Source of the DNA: Cyanophora paradoxa CCMP329 | Lineage: Eukaryota; Plantae; Glaucophyta | Assembly (NCBI GenBank): GCA_004431415.1 | Contig: QPMI01000553.1 | Location: 291,441 to 355,440, forward strand | Reading direction: 5' to 3' | DNA: 64,000 nucleotides | Shown: positions 36,433-47,273 of the stretch, piece by piece | Numbering within the stretch: position 1 is the stretch's first letter | Layout of the letters: every line of letters starts with the position of its first letter | Program-made: the position numbers and the translations under genes | Notes under the pieces: model-generated | Databases searched by the model: none | Seen by the model: the letters and a program-made list of their open reading frames with translations, nothing else | Told to the model about the DNA's origin: nothing

Positions 36433-36469
36433 TTTACCCCCTTCATTCAGATTTTCTTGTGACCTCGGA

Positions 36470-36945
36470 ATGAAGATTCTCGGCGTGGATGTGGGGGTCA
36501 TTAATTTCGCCTGGTGCCTCATCGAATTCGATCCGCAGACAAAGGAATCCCAGATTCTCGACTGGCAAAAGATCGCCCTCTTCCCGTCTGCGCGCTGCTG
36601 TGGCCGCCTTGTGGCGCGCCTGGTTGAGGTTACTCGCGGCCATAGCGCCTTCGGCCTTCCCGACCAGATCGCGATCGAGGGCCAGAGGACGGGAATTAAT
36701 CGCTGCATCGAGTGCACGCTCCACGCCCTCCTGTACGGGCGTGCGCGGATCGTGAGCCGCGCGCCATCAAGCATTTCTTCAAGATCTCGAACCCGAGCTA
36801 CAAGGAGCGCAAGCGCGGCGCCGTGGACAAGTGCCGCGACCTTGTACCCGCCGAGCTTGCCGATATCGCGGATCGCAACGGCAAGCTCGACGACCTCTGC
36901 GACGCCTACTTAATCGCCCTCTACGCCGCCCTCAATCCGTTGTGA
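36470..36945 (+). CDS. RuvC/A22-like Holliday junction resolvase; frameshift ~36760
   Basis: ILGVDVGVINFAW, IAIEGQ and KLDDLCDAYL catalytic motifs. Confidence 0.85.
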
Positions 36946-37132
36946 TTTCTGGAGGGCCCGCAGATGGGATCCTCATGCCGTAAGCCGAGGCCCCTCTGCT
37001 GCGAAATCTGCCGCCTGCCGCAGACCAAGCGCGGCTGGGTGCTCAAGGCGGGCGTTTACGTCTGCTGCGCCCGGTGCGCCGTCCGCTACTACGCACTTTT
37101 TTCTGAAGGCTGCTTACATCCCCGTAGCTAGC

Positions 37133-37526
37133 ATGGAGCACGCCCACTACTGCTTCAAGTGCCGTTCCAACACCAAGCTCGCCAACGTCGAGGTGCGTAC
37201 CAGCAAGAACAACCGCCAGGTGGCCGTCGGCTCCTGCACGCAATGCAGCGGCCGGGTCTCGCGCTTCATGCGCCGGGTCCTCGAGGAGGGGCCCGGGAGA
37301 CCAGCCCCCGCCGCAGCGCCCGCAGGTGGCCCACGCCACTGGCCCGGCCGCCGGCTCGAGCCAGGCACCGGCAGCCCCTACGGTCCCGAAGCCCCCCGCG
37401 GCGCCCCGCGTCAAGAAGACGGCGGCCCCGGCGGACGACTCGGCGCCCGCCGAGAGCCAAGTCCCGAAGCGCCAGCGCGCGCCGAAGAAGGCGGCGAGCG
37501 AGCCCGCGATTGCAGTTCAGATGTAA
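37133..37526 (+). CDS. Zn-ribbon (DUF5679-like) protein with a basic/Ala-rich tail, frameshifted
   Basis: YCFKCR......SKNNR....GSCTQCSGRVSRF. Confidence 0.6.
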
Positions 37527-38032
37527 TTCGGCGGCGCAACTGCCCCTGCCACTGCTTCGTCTGCGACTACCCCCCCACCTGCTTCCCGGGCCACCTGCAG
37601 TTCGGCCACGAGATCGCGGTGGCGCGCGTGGGCGGGCGGGTCCGCCTCGTCTGCAGGCGCTGCGCGCGCGGCCTCTTCGCCGATTTTCGCAGGATTCGCG
37701 ACAGGGAGCTCACGGGCAGTATTTCTAAGTCCCTCCCCAAATTAAGAAATGGCCTCCCTGCTGTTCGATAGGGACACTGTGACATGTACCAAATGCAGAA
37801 CCGATTCGACGGCGTTTACCCCGAGCGCATGCCGCAGGAGCAGTTCCCGCGCCCGCACTGGGCGGACCACCGCACGTACGGGCTCCGCAGGCCCGGGGCG
37901 GGGCAGCTGATGGTGACGCCCGGGGGCGCGCCGGCGGAGCGCGACTGGTCGCCCCTCTGGATTATAGCGGGGATCCTGGTGGGGTACCTCCTCTTCCGAC
38001 CCAGTGTAATTTCTCAGTGACCCCGTACCCCG

Positions 38033-38299
38033 ATGTCTGAAATTGATCTGCAAATCGAGATGCTGCGGCGGCGCTTCCAGGGGATGACACTCGAGCAAAC
38101 TCTACGGGAAGATGCGGCCAGATTGCCTTACGGGCTCGACAAAGTGATTCGACGGATGGTGAAAACGGGGGTGAAGACCCCCGATGCCCTGATTTACGCA
38201 GACACGCCCAATCCCTTTAATTCTTATCAGAGCAACACCTTCCGAGCGGGCACGCCTCTATTCAGACGCGATGGGCGCAGGGTTCGCTCCTCTATGTAA
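38033..38299 (+). CDS. Hypothetical protein
   Basis: ORF with the upstream TTTCTCAG motif. Confidence 0.5.
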   Translation: MSEIDLQIEMLRRRFQGMTLEQTLREDAARLPYGLDKVIRRMVKTGVKTPDALIYADTPNPFNSYQSNTFRAGTPLFRRDGRRVRSSM

Positions 38300-38320
38300 T
38301 TTTCTCAGCGCCCCTTAAAC

Positions 38321-38599
38321 ATGCCAGAGGTGCAGAAGAAGCCCGCGAAAAAGGCGCCCACAAACGGGCAGGAGAAACCGACCAAGGCCGAGGTGAAGGA
38401 GGCGAAGGAAAAGCTGAAGGGCCCGCCCGAATTTCCAAAGGGGCCAAAGCCGCTGTACGAGGACGTCTCGCCCGGCGAAATATTCGTGGCGATGCGCCCG
38501 ACGAAGCAGGGGAAGAAGGGCGGCGATAAGAAGGACGGGAAGGAAGACAAGGCCAAGACCGATAAAATTTCAAAGCCCATCCCTAAGAAGAGCAAATGA
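38321..38599 (+). CDS. Lys-rich small protein (possible DNA-condensing)
   Basis: High Lys content and the upstream motif. Confidence 0.55.
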   Translation: MPEVQKKPAKKAPTNGQEKPTKAEVKEAKEKLKGPPEFPKGPKPLYEDVSPGEIFVAMRPTKQGKKGGDKKDGKEDKAKTDKISKPIPKKSK

Positions 38600-40281
38600 G
38601 GGGGCTCGCCTCGCGTTTCGCGCCGCGCAACGTGCTCGCGATCCCGGGGGGCGGGGACTCGCACATCACGCCCTTCGAGAGCGACAAGTACGCACACTTT
38701 CAGCAGATGATGAAGACGACGCTGGCGAGGGCCACGCCGGAAATTCGGTTCGAGGAGCGCGATCAATCGGACAAGCTCGCCGAGGTGGAGGCACAGGCCA
38801 TCGCCAACGCGTACTACATAAACAAGTTCCAGCAGATGGAGTCGAGCCTCGACGAAGAGTACGAGGAGGGCTTCCGCGCATGGCTGATGGGCCAGTCGGC
38901 CTTCACCGCGAACCTGAAGGCCAAGGGGGCGGGCACCTGCGACGTGGACGGCAAGAATCTGACGGTGCTGCCGGGAGTGCGCGAGTTCTGCAAGTCGAAG
39001 GAGGATCAGATTACCGAATTCCTGAAGCGCAAGAAGCGCCTCGAGACTCTGGGCCCGATGAACCTCGAGGACGCGTATTACTACTACAAGTACATCATCA
39101 ACGGAGAGGAATTCAAGCCCACGAGCATTTACGCGCGAGAGAACAAGAAGCCCGAGGAGCTGATCGGAGGGAAGTACGACCCCGACTGGACGAACCGCAA
39201 CACGCGCCAGCCCTTCGCCCAGGCCGAGCCGCCCTCGAGCTCGGACAGCGAGGGGCCGGGGCCGGACGAGAGCCGCCAGCGCGACGTACCCAGGGAGAAA
39301 AGGCCGAAGACGCCCCCGCTGGCGCCGCAGCCCGGCCCTTCACAGCCCCCGGAAACGGTGGCCAGGCCGTCCGCACCCCCGCCGGAGCAGCAGCCCCCGC
39401 CCCCGCCCCCGCCCCCGCCCGAGCCGCAGGCGGGGCCCTCGCGCCCGCCAGAGGTGGTAGCAGCCGAGGCGGCGGCCGTTGCAGCGGCAAGGGCCGTGCT
39501 CGAGCAGGTGCCCGTCGCCGTCCAGGCCCAACTCGCAAACGCGGGGATAGAAATTGCCCCCTCGTCCCCGCGCGAGAAGGAAGCCACGGACAAGCGCAGG
39601 GCCGCGTACAAGGATGCGGGGCGGCGACCCGGGTATACGACGATGGATGGAAATGACGCGACTGACAATGCCGTCAAGAAGGTGAAAGACGCAGCAGAAG
39701 CTCGCCGTGCGGGGCTGCTGAAGCAAATCCGCAGCGGTACACGACCCGAACGAATGGAAGCGGAAACCCCAGCTGAGCGCGCGGTCCGCGAGCAGGCAGA
39801 GGCAGCGGAAAGCGAGCTGCGGGCGGGATTCCTGGAAACGGTCTCGTCCGAAATTACGCGCGCGGCAGGGGACGAGGCTGTGCAACAATTCCTTGCCCGT
39901 CAAATCGATTATAATCAGCTGGCGGCCATAGCCCAGGCCCGGGCCACCGGTGTCAACCGCCAACAGGCGCAGATTGCAGAACAGCACCGTGATATTTCGG
40001 ATCTGGGCGGAGACATTGTAAAATTCTACGAAGCTGAGCGAGAGGAGGACCCGCTGGGATCTGCGGCGAAGGGCCCCTTTACGGAACGAGTGCGGCGCGT
40101 CGAGGAGCGGGCCCAGCAACTCATGAACTTGGAGCCGGAGCGTTACTTCAAGTTGGACAGAGGACTTATCATAGGTTATCTTGAAGGAAGACGCGACTGG
40201 TCTGCGATCACAGACGCACTCCGCAAGAAGGCGTACGACGAGGACCTGGCGCGACGGGGGCCGCGCCCTCTAATAACGTAG
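38596..40281 (+). CDS. Hypothetical protein with a Pro-rich linker
   Basis: 561-aa ORF directly upstream of the MCP. Confidence 0.7.
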   Translation: MRGLASRFAPRNVLAIPGGGDSHITPFESDKYAHFQQMMKTTLARATPEIRFEERDQSDKLAEVEAQAIANAYYINKFQQMESSLDEEYEEGFRAWLMGQSAFTANLKAKGAGTCDVDGKNLTVLPGVREFCKSKEDQITEFLKRKKRLETLGPMNLEDAYYYYKYIINGEEFKPTSIYARENKKPEELIGGKYDPDWTNRNTRQPFAQAEPPSSSDSEGPGPDESRQRDVPREKRPKTPPLAPQPGPSQPPETVARPSAPPPEQQPPPPPPPPPEPQAGPSRPPEVVAAEAAAVAAARAVLEQVPVAVQAQLANAGIEIAPSSPREKEATDKRRAAYKDAGRRPGYTTMDGNDATDNAVKKVKDAAEARRAGLLKQIRSGTRPERMEAETPAERAVREQAEAAESELRAGFLETVSSEITRAAGDEAVQQFLARQIDYNQLAAIAQARATGVNRQQAQIAEQHRDISDLGGDIVKFYEAEREEDPLGSAAKGPFTERVRRVEERAQQLMNLEPERYFKLDRGLIIGYLEGRRDWSAITDALRKKAYDEDLARRGPRPLIT

Positions 40282-40321
40282 GCGAGCCCTCCAAAAAATT
40301 TTCTCAACGCACCCCTAAACC

Positions 40322-41695
40322 ATGGCTTCCGCGCTCATCTCCACCCCCTCGACCGCCCTGCACCACTCGCTGCGCAGCTCCGACGCGTCGGTGCACGTGC
40401 ACGAGACCTTCGACACGGCGATGCCGTTCGTGGACGAGGTGCTCGAGGTGAGCCCCGTGCAGTCGGGCGTCAGCTTCGGCCAGACCGTCGACATCGTCAT
40501 CCCGCACTCGGCGCCGATGTTCAACGACGCCTGGCTCAGGGTGACGCTGCCGGCGCTGACGAACGCCGACCACTTCTACATCCCGAAGGCCGGCTACGTG
40601 CTGCTCAAGAAGGTGAAGATCTTCGTGGGCACGCAGCTGATCCACGAGTACGACGGCCACCACGACGCCATCTACGGCGAGTTCGAGGACGACAAGTCCG
40701 TCACCCAGCACGTCGACATGGTGAACAACCTCTGGGCGCACCAGCCGCTGCGCCGCCGGGGCAAGGCCCCGAACACGCTGTACGTGCCGATCCGCATCGC
40801 GACGGGCTTCGGTCGAAAGTTCGCCGTGCCCCTCCACAAGATCCGCGGGACGGGCAACGAGATGAAGCTGCAGATCACCTACGCCTCGCAGAAGGAGGTG
40901 ACGGCCTCCTTCGTGGACGGCGGCCTGCACACGAACACCGGCCTGACGAGCAGCGTCAGCCTGGACACCAAGCTCATCCTGCGCTACGTGCACATCGACT
41001 CGCGCGAGCTGGCGCTGCACCCGAACTCGTTCACGTGGGCAGGCAAGTACGTGCAGCACTACAACGTGCAGTTCGAATCGGGCAAGGCCATCCGCCTGCC
41101 CTTCACCGGAATCTGCTACGAGCTGATCGTGGTGGTGCGCGACAAGCCGCACACCGACAACGGCGAGCACTTCTGGCGCTTCCGCCCCCTGGACAAGATC
41201 GAGCTGAAGTGCGACAACATCAAGGTGGTCGACAGCTCGAACCACGACGCGCACTTCTTGCGCACGGCCATCGCGCACAAGGAGCACACGCACGCCCCCG
41301 CCCGCAAGCACCTCGAGCTGCTGCGGGGCGTGACCTCGATGGACGGGACGGCAGCGGCCGACGTGGCCGACGCGCTGCACTCGCACCCGTGGTCGGGCAA
41401 CGACACGGCCCCCACGACCCTTGCGACCCACGACGCCCACAGCAGCGACATCCAGCCCCGCAACGTGGGCCAGTTCGGCACGGAGTTCATCTACTCGCTC
41501 CCCTTCGGCACCGACGTGGCCGACAACACCAAGATGTTCGGCGGCCTCGACATGGGCGCCTTCAAGACCATCGAGCTCACGCTCTGGACGCTCAAGACCT
41601 ACGCGGCGGACGCCAAGCCCGTGGCCGACATCTACTGCCGCTACTACAACGAGATCACCTTCACCAACGGCGGCGCCTACCGCCGCTTCCATTAG
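40322..41695 (+). CDS. Double jelly-roll major capsid protein (NCLDV-like)
   Basis: SFGQTVDIVIP....DAWLRVTLP, LLKKVKIFVG.QLI, LYVPI, IYSLPFG and YNEITFTNG resemble NCLDV MCP motifs; very strong codon bias. Confidence 0.85.
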   Translation: MASALISTPSTALHHSLRSSDASVHVHETFDTAMPFVDEVLEVSPVQSGVSFGQTVDIVIPHSAPMFNDAWLRVTLPALTNADHFYIPKAGYVLLKKVKIFVGTQLIHEYDGHHDAIYGEFEDDKSVTQHVDMVNNLWAHQPLRRRGKAPNTLYVPIRIATGFGRKFAVPLHKIRGTGNEMKLQITYASQKEVTASFVDGGLHTNTGLTSSVSLDTKLILRYVHIDSRELALHPNSFTWAGKYVQHYNVQFESGKAIRLPFTGICYELIVVVRDKPHTDNGEHFWRFRPLDKIELKCDNIKVVDSSNHDAHFLRTAIAHKEHTHAPARKHLELLRGVTSMDGTAAADVADALHSHPWSGNDTAPTTLATHDAHSSDIQPRNVGQFGTEFIYSLPFGTDVADNTKMFGGLDMGAFKTIELTLWTLKTYAADAKPVADIYCRYYNEITFTNGGAYRRFH

Positions 41696-41786
41696 ATTGC
41701 CAGCTAGCCAGAGTGTGAGAGGGGGCGAGCCTCGGCCGCCGATGTGAACCAATAAATTTTCCCACTGGGATCCTAACCGAGGCACG

Positions 41787-42932
41787 ATGACGAAGGGCCA
41801 TTCCATGATGGACATTGGGGAGGGCTCTAAGAAGCAGCGCCAGTCGCTGAAGAACGACCTGAAGGGCGAGGTGACGGGCATCATCGAGAAGTACGCGCCC
41901 GGCACAATTCTGCCCGAGGTGCCCGTCATAGATGGATCGAAGGCGGATATCTACACGCCCGAGGACAAGGCGCGGGGCCTGGGGCTCAGCGGGGGGGAAA
42001 CGAAGACCCTGCCCGCGATGAAGTACACCCCGTCGATGGAGAAGCTAATGCGGATGGGCATTCGACAGCAGCTGCAGAACGCATACCCCAGCCGCACGAT
42101 CAGCGAAGAGGACGTCGAGAATGCGTTCGCGCTGCGGAAGGAAATCATGATTCGCGATTTCGACCAGTGGGCGATGACGGCCTTCGACCTGAAGCAGCCG
42201 GGAGTCGCAAAAATGCTCCAGGAATACTACCCCGAGCTGCTCGAGCGAATTACGAACATGATCGAGCAGGATATCGAAATTCAGCGTTTCGATAAATACC
42301 AGAAGGTTTTCTTCCCGATGAACTACGACGATCTCGTCATGAAGTGGGCGCGCGAGCGCGGCTGGATCAAGACGATGGAGGAAATCGAGAAGGAGAACCT
42401 GCTCGGGCCTGCGGGTCGTTACGGTCAGACGGAAGCGAATCCCCAGGGACTCCGCGCCGGCTACACGCCCGACCTGTCGCCGATGTTCAACGCACAGACG
42501 GCCAACATCAGCAGCGCAGTCAACAAGCCCTACGGCCGCAACGACGTGGACTTCAGCCGGGGCAATCCGTTCGGGGCGATGCTCATGGATCAGGTCGGCA
42601 CGCGCGGGCCCGCGCTGGCGACGGCGACGCCGTACGCGGACCAGAACCTGCTGCCGGCCATCGTGAATCCGGCCGTAGGAAGCCAACCCTACGCGGATGC
42701 CGCCACGGTAGGCTCCATGCAGGGGCTGCGAGGCCTGGGAACGGTCGCCGGGATGGCGGCCACAGGCGCACGCAGCCAGACCACGATTCAAACCGCCTTC
42801 CAGGCTCTCGTGAGGGGCACCGAGACCGCGCAGGCCACTCTCCTCCTAGAGACCAGCGCGCGCAAGGCGGCGATGTACGAGCAAGCGGCGAACGCCCTCG
42901 ACGGAGGCAACCGAGGCAACGGCCTCCTCGGT

Positions 42933-42964
<32 letters not shown>

Positions 42965-43001
42965 CCGGGGTGGCGGCGGCAGCGGCAGCGGTGGACGCTA
43001 A
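41787..43001 (+). CDS. Hypothetical protein with a Gly-rich C-terminus
   Basis: 404-aa ORF. Confidence 0.7.
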
Positions 43002-43020
43002 TTTCTGAAGCACGCCTAGC

Positions 43021-43350
43021 ATGGCAGCGACGGAGTCGACGCTGGGCGAGCAGATCGAGGCGCGCTGGGGCCGCTTCCTCGACCTGCTGGAGCCGGAGGC
43101 CAAGGAGCCGGGGGTACGGGCACAGATCCAGTCGCTGCGCGGCATAGGGGCCACGGCGGTCATCGTTCTATTTAGGAGGCACATCAACGCGGAGGCCGAA
43201 TTAATTAGAGCGAAAGACGACGGAGTTTTCGCGAAGCTGCCGCAGGAGTACGCCTCGGCCGTGCGCTCGCTCTTCTACGGGAGCGGGCCCGAGCTGCGCG
43301 AGAAACTGTGGCTTTACATCGAGCTCTTCGTCGAGCTGACCTCCGAGTAA
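43021..43350 (+). CDS. Hypothetical protein
   Basis: ORF with the upstream motif. Confidence 0.6.
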   Translation: MAATESTLGEQIEARWGRFLDLLEPEAKEPGVRAQIQSLRGIGATAVIVLFRRHINAEAELIRAKDDGVFAKLPQEYASAVRSLFYGSGPELREKLWLYIELFVELTSE

Positions 43351-43375
43351 ATATTTCTAAGGGGCAAGCGTAACC

Positions 43376-44179
43376 ATGGACCCCTCTTCCATGCTGGGCT
43401 TCGACGCGCTGGCCGTGGACGGGCCGAACCCGGTGGGGATCCCGCAGCCTCGGAAGAAGGGCCGCCCCGCGAAGGAAGGCAAGGAAAAGGGCGAGAAGGC
43501 GCCGAAGGCAGACAAGACGTCGCTGCCGGGCGACGGGCCCACGGTGCCGCCGACGGCGCCGAGCAAGGGCGCGAGCTTCAGCGTGCAGGAGCACATCGAA
43601 ATGACGAAAAAGAAGGAGCAGAGCGTGAAAAAGGCGCTGGGGATCGACCTGCAGGAAAAGCCACGTGACGAGGCGCAGACGGACGTGGACGAGAAGAAGC
43701 AGGTTCTGCGTCAGATCGCGCAGTACAGGCGCTCGTTCGGGGGCGAGCTAACGTCCACGAAAAAGCTGAGCCTCGCGACGCCGCTGGACGAGCTGAAGGA
43801 AGAGTACGAGGAAATTCAGCGCGAGCTGAGCACGCGGGGTTCGCTGGAGGCGGCGCGCCTCTTTCTGATCGCGGGCATGCACTCGCTGGAGCACCTTAAC
43901 AAAGCGTACGATCCGATCGGCCTGAAGCTCGACGGGCTCGGGCAGGCGACGCTCGCCTCGATGGACCAAGTGCAGCCGATTTTAGAGGAGCTGGTGATTA
44001 AGTACTCGCGCTACGTGACCCTGGGGCCCGAGGCGCGCCTGGGGATGGCCCTTGTGCAGACGGTGCTGGCGGTGCACGCGGCCAACGCAAACCCGGAGAT
44101 GATGAAAGAGGTGACGGAGGCGGCGGCCTCGACGGCGGCGGAGCCCAAGGCGGTGGGCGGCAAGTTCAACGGCCTTTGA
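43376..44179 (+). CDS. Hypothetical protein
   Basis: 267-aa ORF with the upstream motif. Confidence 0.7.
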   Translation: MDPSSMLGFDALAVDGPNPVGIPQPRKKGRPAKEGKEKGEKAPKADKTSLPGDGPTVPPTAPSKGASFSVQEHIEMTKKKEQSVKKALGIDLQEKPRDEAQTDVDEKKQVLRQIAQYRRSFGGELTSTKKLSLATPLDELKEEYEEIQRELSTRGSLEAARLFLIAGMHSLEHLNKAYDPIGLKLDGLGQATLASMDQVQPILEELVIKYSRYVTLGPEARLGMALVQTVLAVHAANANPEMMKEVTEAAASTAAEPKAVGGKFNGL

Positions 44180-44233
44180 TTGTAAACGCTTGTAATCAAT
44201 TGCACCAGAGAATTTACAATTTATTCGTCTAAA

Positions 44234-45016
44234 CTACTGCATGGGGGTGGTGTACATAGACTCGGGGTTTAGGTAGGGCTCGAAATCGGCCTCGTTGTCG
44301 TAGGGCTTGAAGGCCAGCTCGGGCGTGCGGCCGGCGAAGCGAAAGGCGCCGACCTTGCACTGCTGCACGGCGAGGAAGGACCACTTGAGGCCGAACTTGC
44401 CCTCGGGGATGGCGTAGGCGGTGTCGATTTTAACGAGGGCCGCCACCAGGTCTCCGGTGCCGATGGTGGCGCGCTCGGTGATGAGGTAGTTGGACATGTC
44501 GACGACTGGGATCGTCTTGCGCTTGCCCGCCATCGTCTGCGTGCGGATGCGCATGTTGAGGTACTTGTAGAAGGCCTGGCCCGACTCCTTGTCGACCTTG
44601 ATGCGCACGCTGGGCGTCTGCAGCACCGAGATCTGATCCTTGGAGAGGGCGCGCCCGGGCGAGACCTTGAGCTTGGCCTGGTTCTGCTGCACGAACTCGC
44701 AGAATTTCGCGTCCAGGGCCTCCAGCAGCTTGAGGAACTCGTCCGCGGCTGGGTTCGTCTGGCCGTCGACGGCGCTGAGATCGGTGAGGTCCAGCGTGTA
44801 AAATCCGCCGTTTTCTTCCATGACGAAGGCCTTCTTCTCGTCGCTCCACGCCTTGCCTTGCTCTGTGTTGATGCAGGGGTTGATCGTGACCATGGGCGGC
44901 GCGTACATCATGAGGCCCTGCAGGCCGTCGTACTTGGCCTTGATGCGGCCGTTGGCATCGATTTCGAAGGCGAGCTTGGCGGGGTCGATCTCGGTGGCGT
45001 TGCGGACGGTGGCCAT
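44234..45016 (-). CDS. Probable viral single-stranded DNA-binding protein (OB fold, NCLDV/T7-like)
   Basis: PPM, FLKLLEALDAKF and GKFGLKW pattern; size and context fit. Confidence 0.6.
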   Translation of the reverse strand: MATVRNATEIDPAKLAFEIDANGRIKAKYDGLQGLMMYAPPMVTINPCINTEQGKAWSDEKKAFVMEENGGFYTLDLTDLSAVDGQTNPAADEFLKLLEALDAKFCEFVQQNQAKLKVSPGRALSKDQISVLQTPSVRIKVDKESGQAFYKYLNMRIRTQTMAGKRKTIPVVDMSNYLITERATIGTGDLVAALVKIDTAYAIPEGKFGLKWSFLAVQQCKVGAFRFAGRTPELAFKPYDNEADFEPYLNPESMYTTPMQ

Positions 45017-45130
45017 GTTGTCTGAGCTTAGTGTGCGATCAGCCTAGCGCTAGAAAATATTTAAGGCCGCCCCACCTGACTTCAGGCTGACCTCGGGTGA
45101 GCGCTCAGGTGATTCAGGTAAAACACGTGT

Positions 45131-45421
45131 TCAATTCGTCTCACTGGGGAGGGGGAGAGCCTCAATCACGGCTACGCGAATATTCGAGAGTCTAAATCTG
45201 GCGCTGGGGCTGGCGACGGCGTACAGGGTGATCTCGTTCTTGGCGGGATTGAGCATGATGTGCTGGAAGCAGTCGCCCTTGCGGCACTCCAGCGAGATGT
45301 TGCGCAGCAGCCTGCAGTAGTTGAAGCAGATCTCGCCGTTCTCGTCGAGATCCTCGTCCATGGCCTCGTACTCGAAGATGCCGAAGGTCAGGCAGCAGGT
45401 CTCGTACTTGGGGGCGCACAT
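45131..45421 (-). CDS. Cys-rich hypothetical protein
   Basis: ORF with biased codons. Confidence 0.5.
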   Translation of the reverse strand: MCAPKYETCCLTFGIFEYEAMDEDLDENGEICFNYCRLLRNISLECRKGDCFQHIMLNPAKNEITLYAVASPSARFRLSNIRVAVIEALPLPSETN

Positions 45422-45517
45422 TCTTGATTTCTCTTGGCTGTGAAGTGTGAGCGAGGGCGCGGCGCGGCTGCGGTTTTGAGGCCGTTCAGGTGAGGGTCAG
45501 GTGAGCGCTCACCTGAA

Positions 45518-46917
45518 GAGGGGGGGGGAAGTGACGCGGACGCGAATACGTCATAGTCGAATACGTCATAGTCCAAAACCTGGACTCGGGACTCGGCCCA
45601 GGCCCCGCCGGTAAAAAAATAAGCTCGGACTTGGCGCCATTTTCTGAACCCCGGCTAGCTGCTTAATCCAGTACCATGGAGCCCGCCATCTCCCAGCTAG
45701 TCTCCCAGGGCGCCAAGCTCGACAAGGCCCTCAGTATCTACCTTCAGCTGATCGAGCTGGCCTGGCCGGAGCCAATGATAGCTCAGGCCTGCAAATCGCT
45801 CCACGTGGCGTTCGATGCGCCGTTCTCAGGTGACCCGACTCAGATGACATCCTGGACCAAGGAGGAGATAAAAGCCGACTTCGAGGCGCTTTTCTCATTT
45901 ATGAGCAAGAAGTATGCCGAAATCGAAGCAGCTAAAGCCGCAGCCGCAGCCGAAGACGAAGGCGCAGAAGGCACCGAAGCCTCAGCCGAAGGCCCTGCCG
46001 GCGACGAAGGCACCGAAGTTCAAGGCGCTGGGCCCTCTGCAGAAGGCCAAGGCCAAGGCCGACCTGCTTCCGCGTAGGCCCAAGGACATAGCCAAGGAGG
46101 CCAGCAGCCACAGGCCCGACTGGCCGGCGCCGGCGCCCTACCGCTACCTCAAGCTGGACAAGCGCAACGATACCGGCTTCACCAGGAGGAGGTGGCCTGA
46201 GCCCCTTCGGTGGCTGAAGCCAAGGGAGATCAAGTCTGGAGGCGGTATCGAGCTAGCGCTAGCGCTAGGAGGAGGCGGTGCAGACTTAGAGGAGCAGGCG
46301 CTGCTAGATACCATCAACTTGGGCAGGGTAGAGCTGAGCTAGCTAGCTGGTATCGATATCTAGCTAGCCTAGCGCTAGCCCAGTGCTTAATTAATTAACT
46401 GAAAGGTTGCGGAGGTTGCGGACGCGTCACAAATACGTCATAGTCGAATACGTCATAGTCCAAAACCTGGACTCGGGACTCGGCCCGGGCCCTGCCGGTA
46501 AAAAAAAGAGACTTGAACAAAAACACCGTACCCCGGTATTTAACTTGAAATCATCATGACATCATGTTCAAGTTGCTATGACATTAACTACATTCAAAAG
46601 CAATGAATGCAATAGTATTATTATTATACTAAGTATTATTATTATTATAATAGGGGTACAGTATTATTATTTGAAACTTGGCGAGAGTCTGGGCCCAGGT
46701 CCCAAGTCCAGGTTTTGGACTATGACGTATTCGACTATGACGTATTCGGACGCGTCACTTCTCCCCCTACTCAGCTGAACCAGCGGGGGTAGAGATGATG
46801 GCGCCAAGTCCGAGTCTATTTTTTTACCGGCAGGGCCCGGGCCGAGTCCCGAGTCCAGGTTTTGGACTATGACGTATTCGACTATGACGTATTCGCGTCC
46901 GCGTCACTTCTCCCCCT
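45518..46917. repeat. Four ~80-120-bp repeats (+,+,-,-) around an AT-rich core; candidate replication origin
   Basis: Each copy holds two (G)AATACGTCATAGTC units plus CAAAACCTGGACT. Copies at ~45518-45640 (+), 46433-46515 (+), 46692-46768 (-) and 46798-46917 (-). Confidence 0.9.
45676..46077 (+). CDS. Hypothetical protein
   Basis: ORF with the upstream TTTTCTGA motif. Confidence 0.5.
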   Translation: MEPAISQLVSQGAKLDKALSIYLQLIELAWPEPMIAQACKSLHVAFDAPFSGDPTQMTSWTKEEIKADFEALFSFMSKKYAEIEAAKAAAAAEDEGAEGTEASAEGPAGDEGTEVQGAGPSAEGQGQGRPASA

Positions 46918-46972
46918 CCTACGTTCGCAGCCGCCGGGCACCTCCCACAATTTTCCGAGGTACCCAGCAAGC

Positions 46973-47263
46973 ATGGACTTTACTGACTGCGCAGGTATCA
47001 AGCAGGAGCCCGAGGACCTTCTCTCCGCCGCCGCCGCCTCCGCCCCCAAGCAGCGCCGCCGCCGCGGGCCCAAGTCCCTCAGCTCCGAGCCCGAGATCCT
47101 GGCAACGCCGGCCCGCGAGCCAGAGACCGTGGACTTGACCCTGGAGGAGCCCGCGCGCGGCCCGCCCCGCCTCCTGATCCTGGCCGCGGCGGCCGCCGCG
47201 CTCTACTACGCGGCCCGGCGCCTGGGCCCGCAGCTCTCGGGCCTGGCCCGGAACCTTTTCTAA
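46973..47263 (+). CDS. Small protein with a C-terminal TM helix
   Basis: LLILAAAAAALYYAA. Confidence 0.55.
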   Translation: MDFTDCAGIKQEPEDLLSAAAASAPKQRRRRGPKSLSSEPEILATPAREPETVDLTLEEPARGPPRLLILAAAAAALYYAARRLGPQLSGLARNLF

Positions 47264-47273
47264 GTCTTGCCCA

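Noticed and set aside
35378-36469. N-terminal part of the 511-aa plus-strand ORF
   Set aside because: Antisense to the ATPase; only the part from ATG 36470 (RuvC) is credible.
40304-41929. 541-aa minus-strand ORF
   Set aside because: Antisense shadow of the codon-biased MCP.
45541-46900. CRISPR-like array
   Set aside because: The repeats are directly tandem or inverted, with no unique regular spacers and no cas genes.
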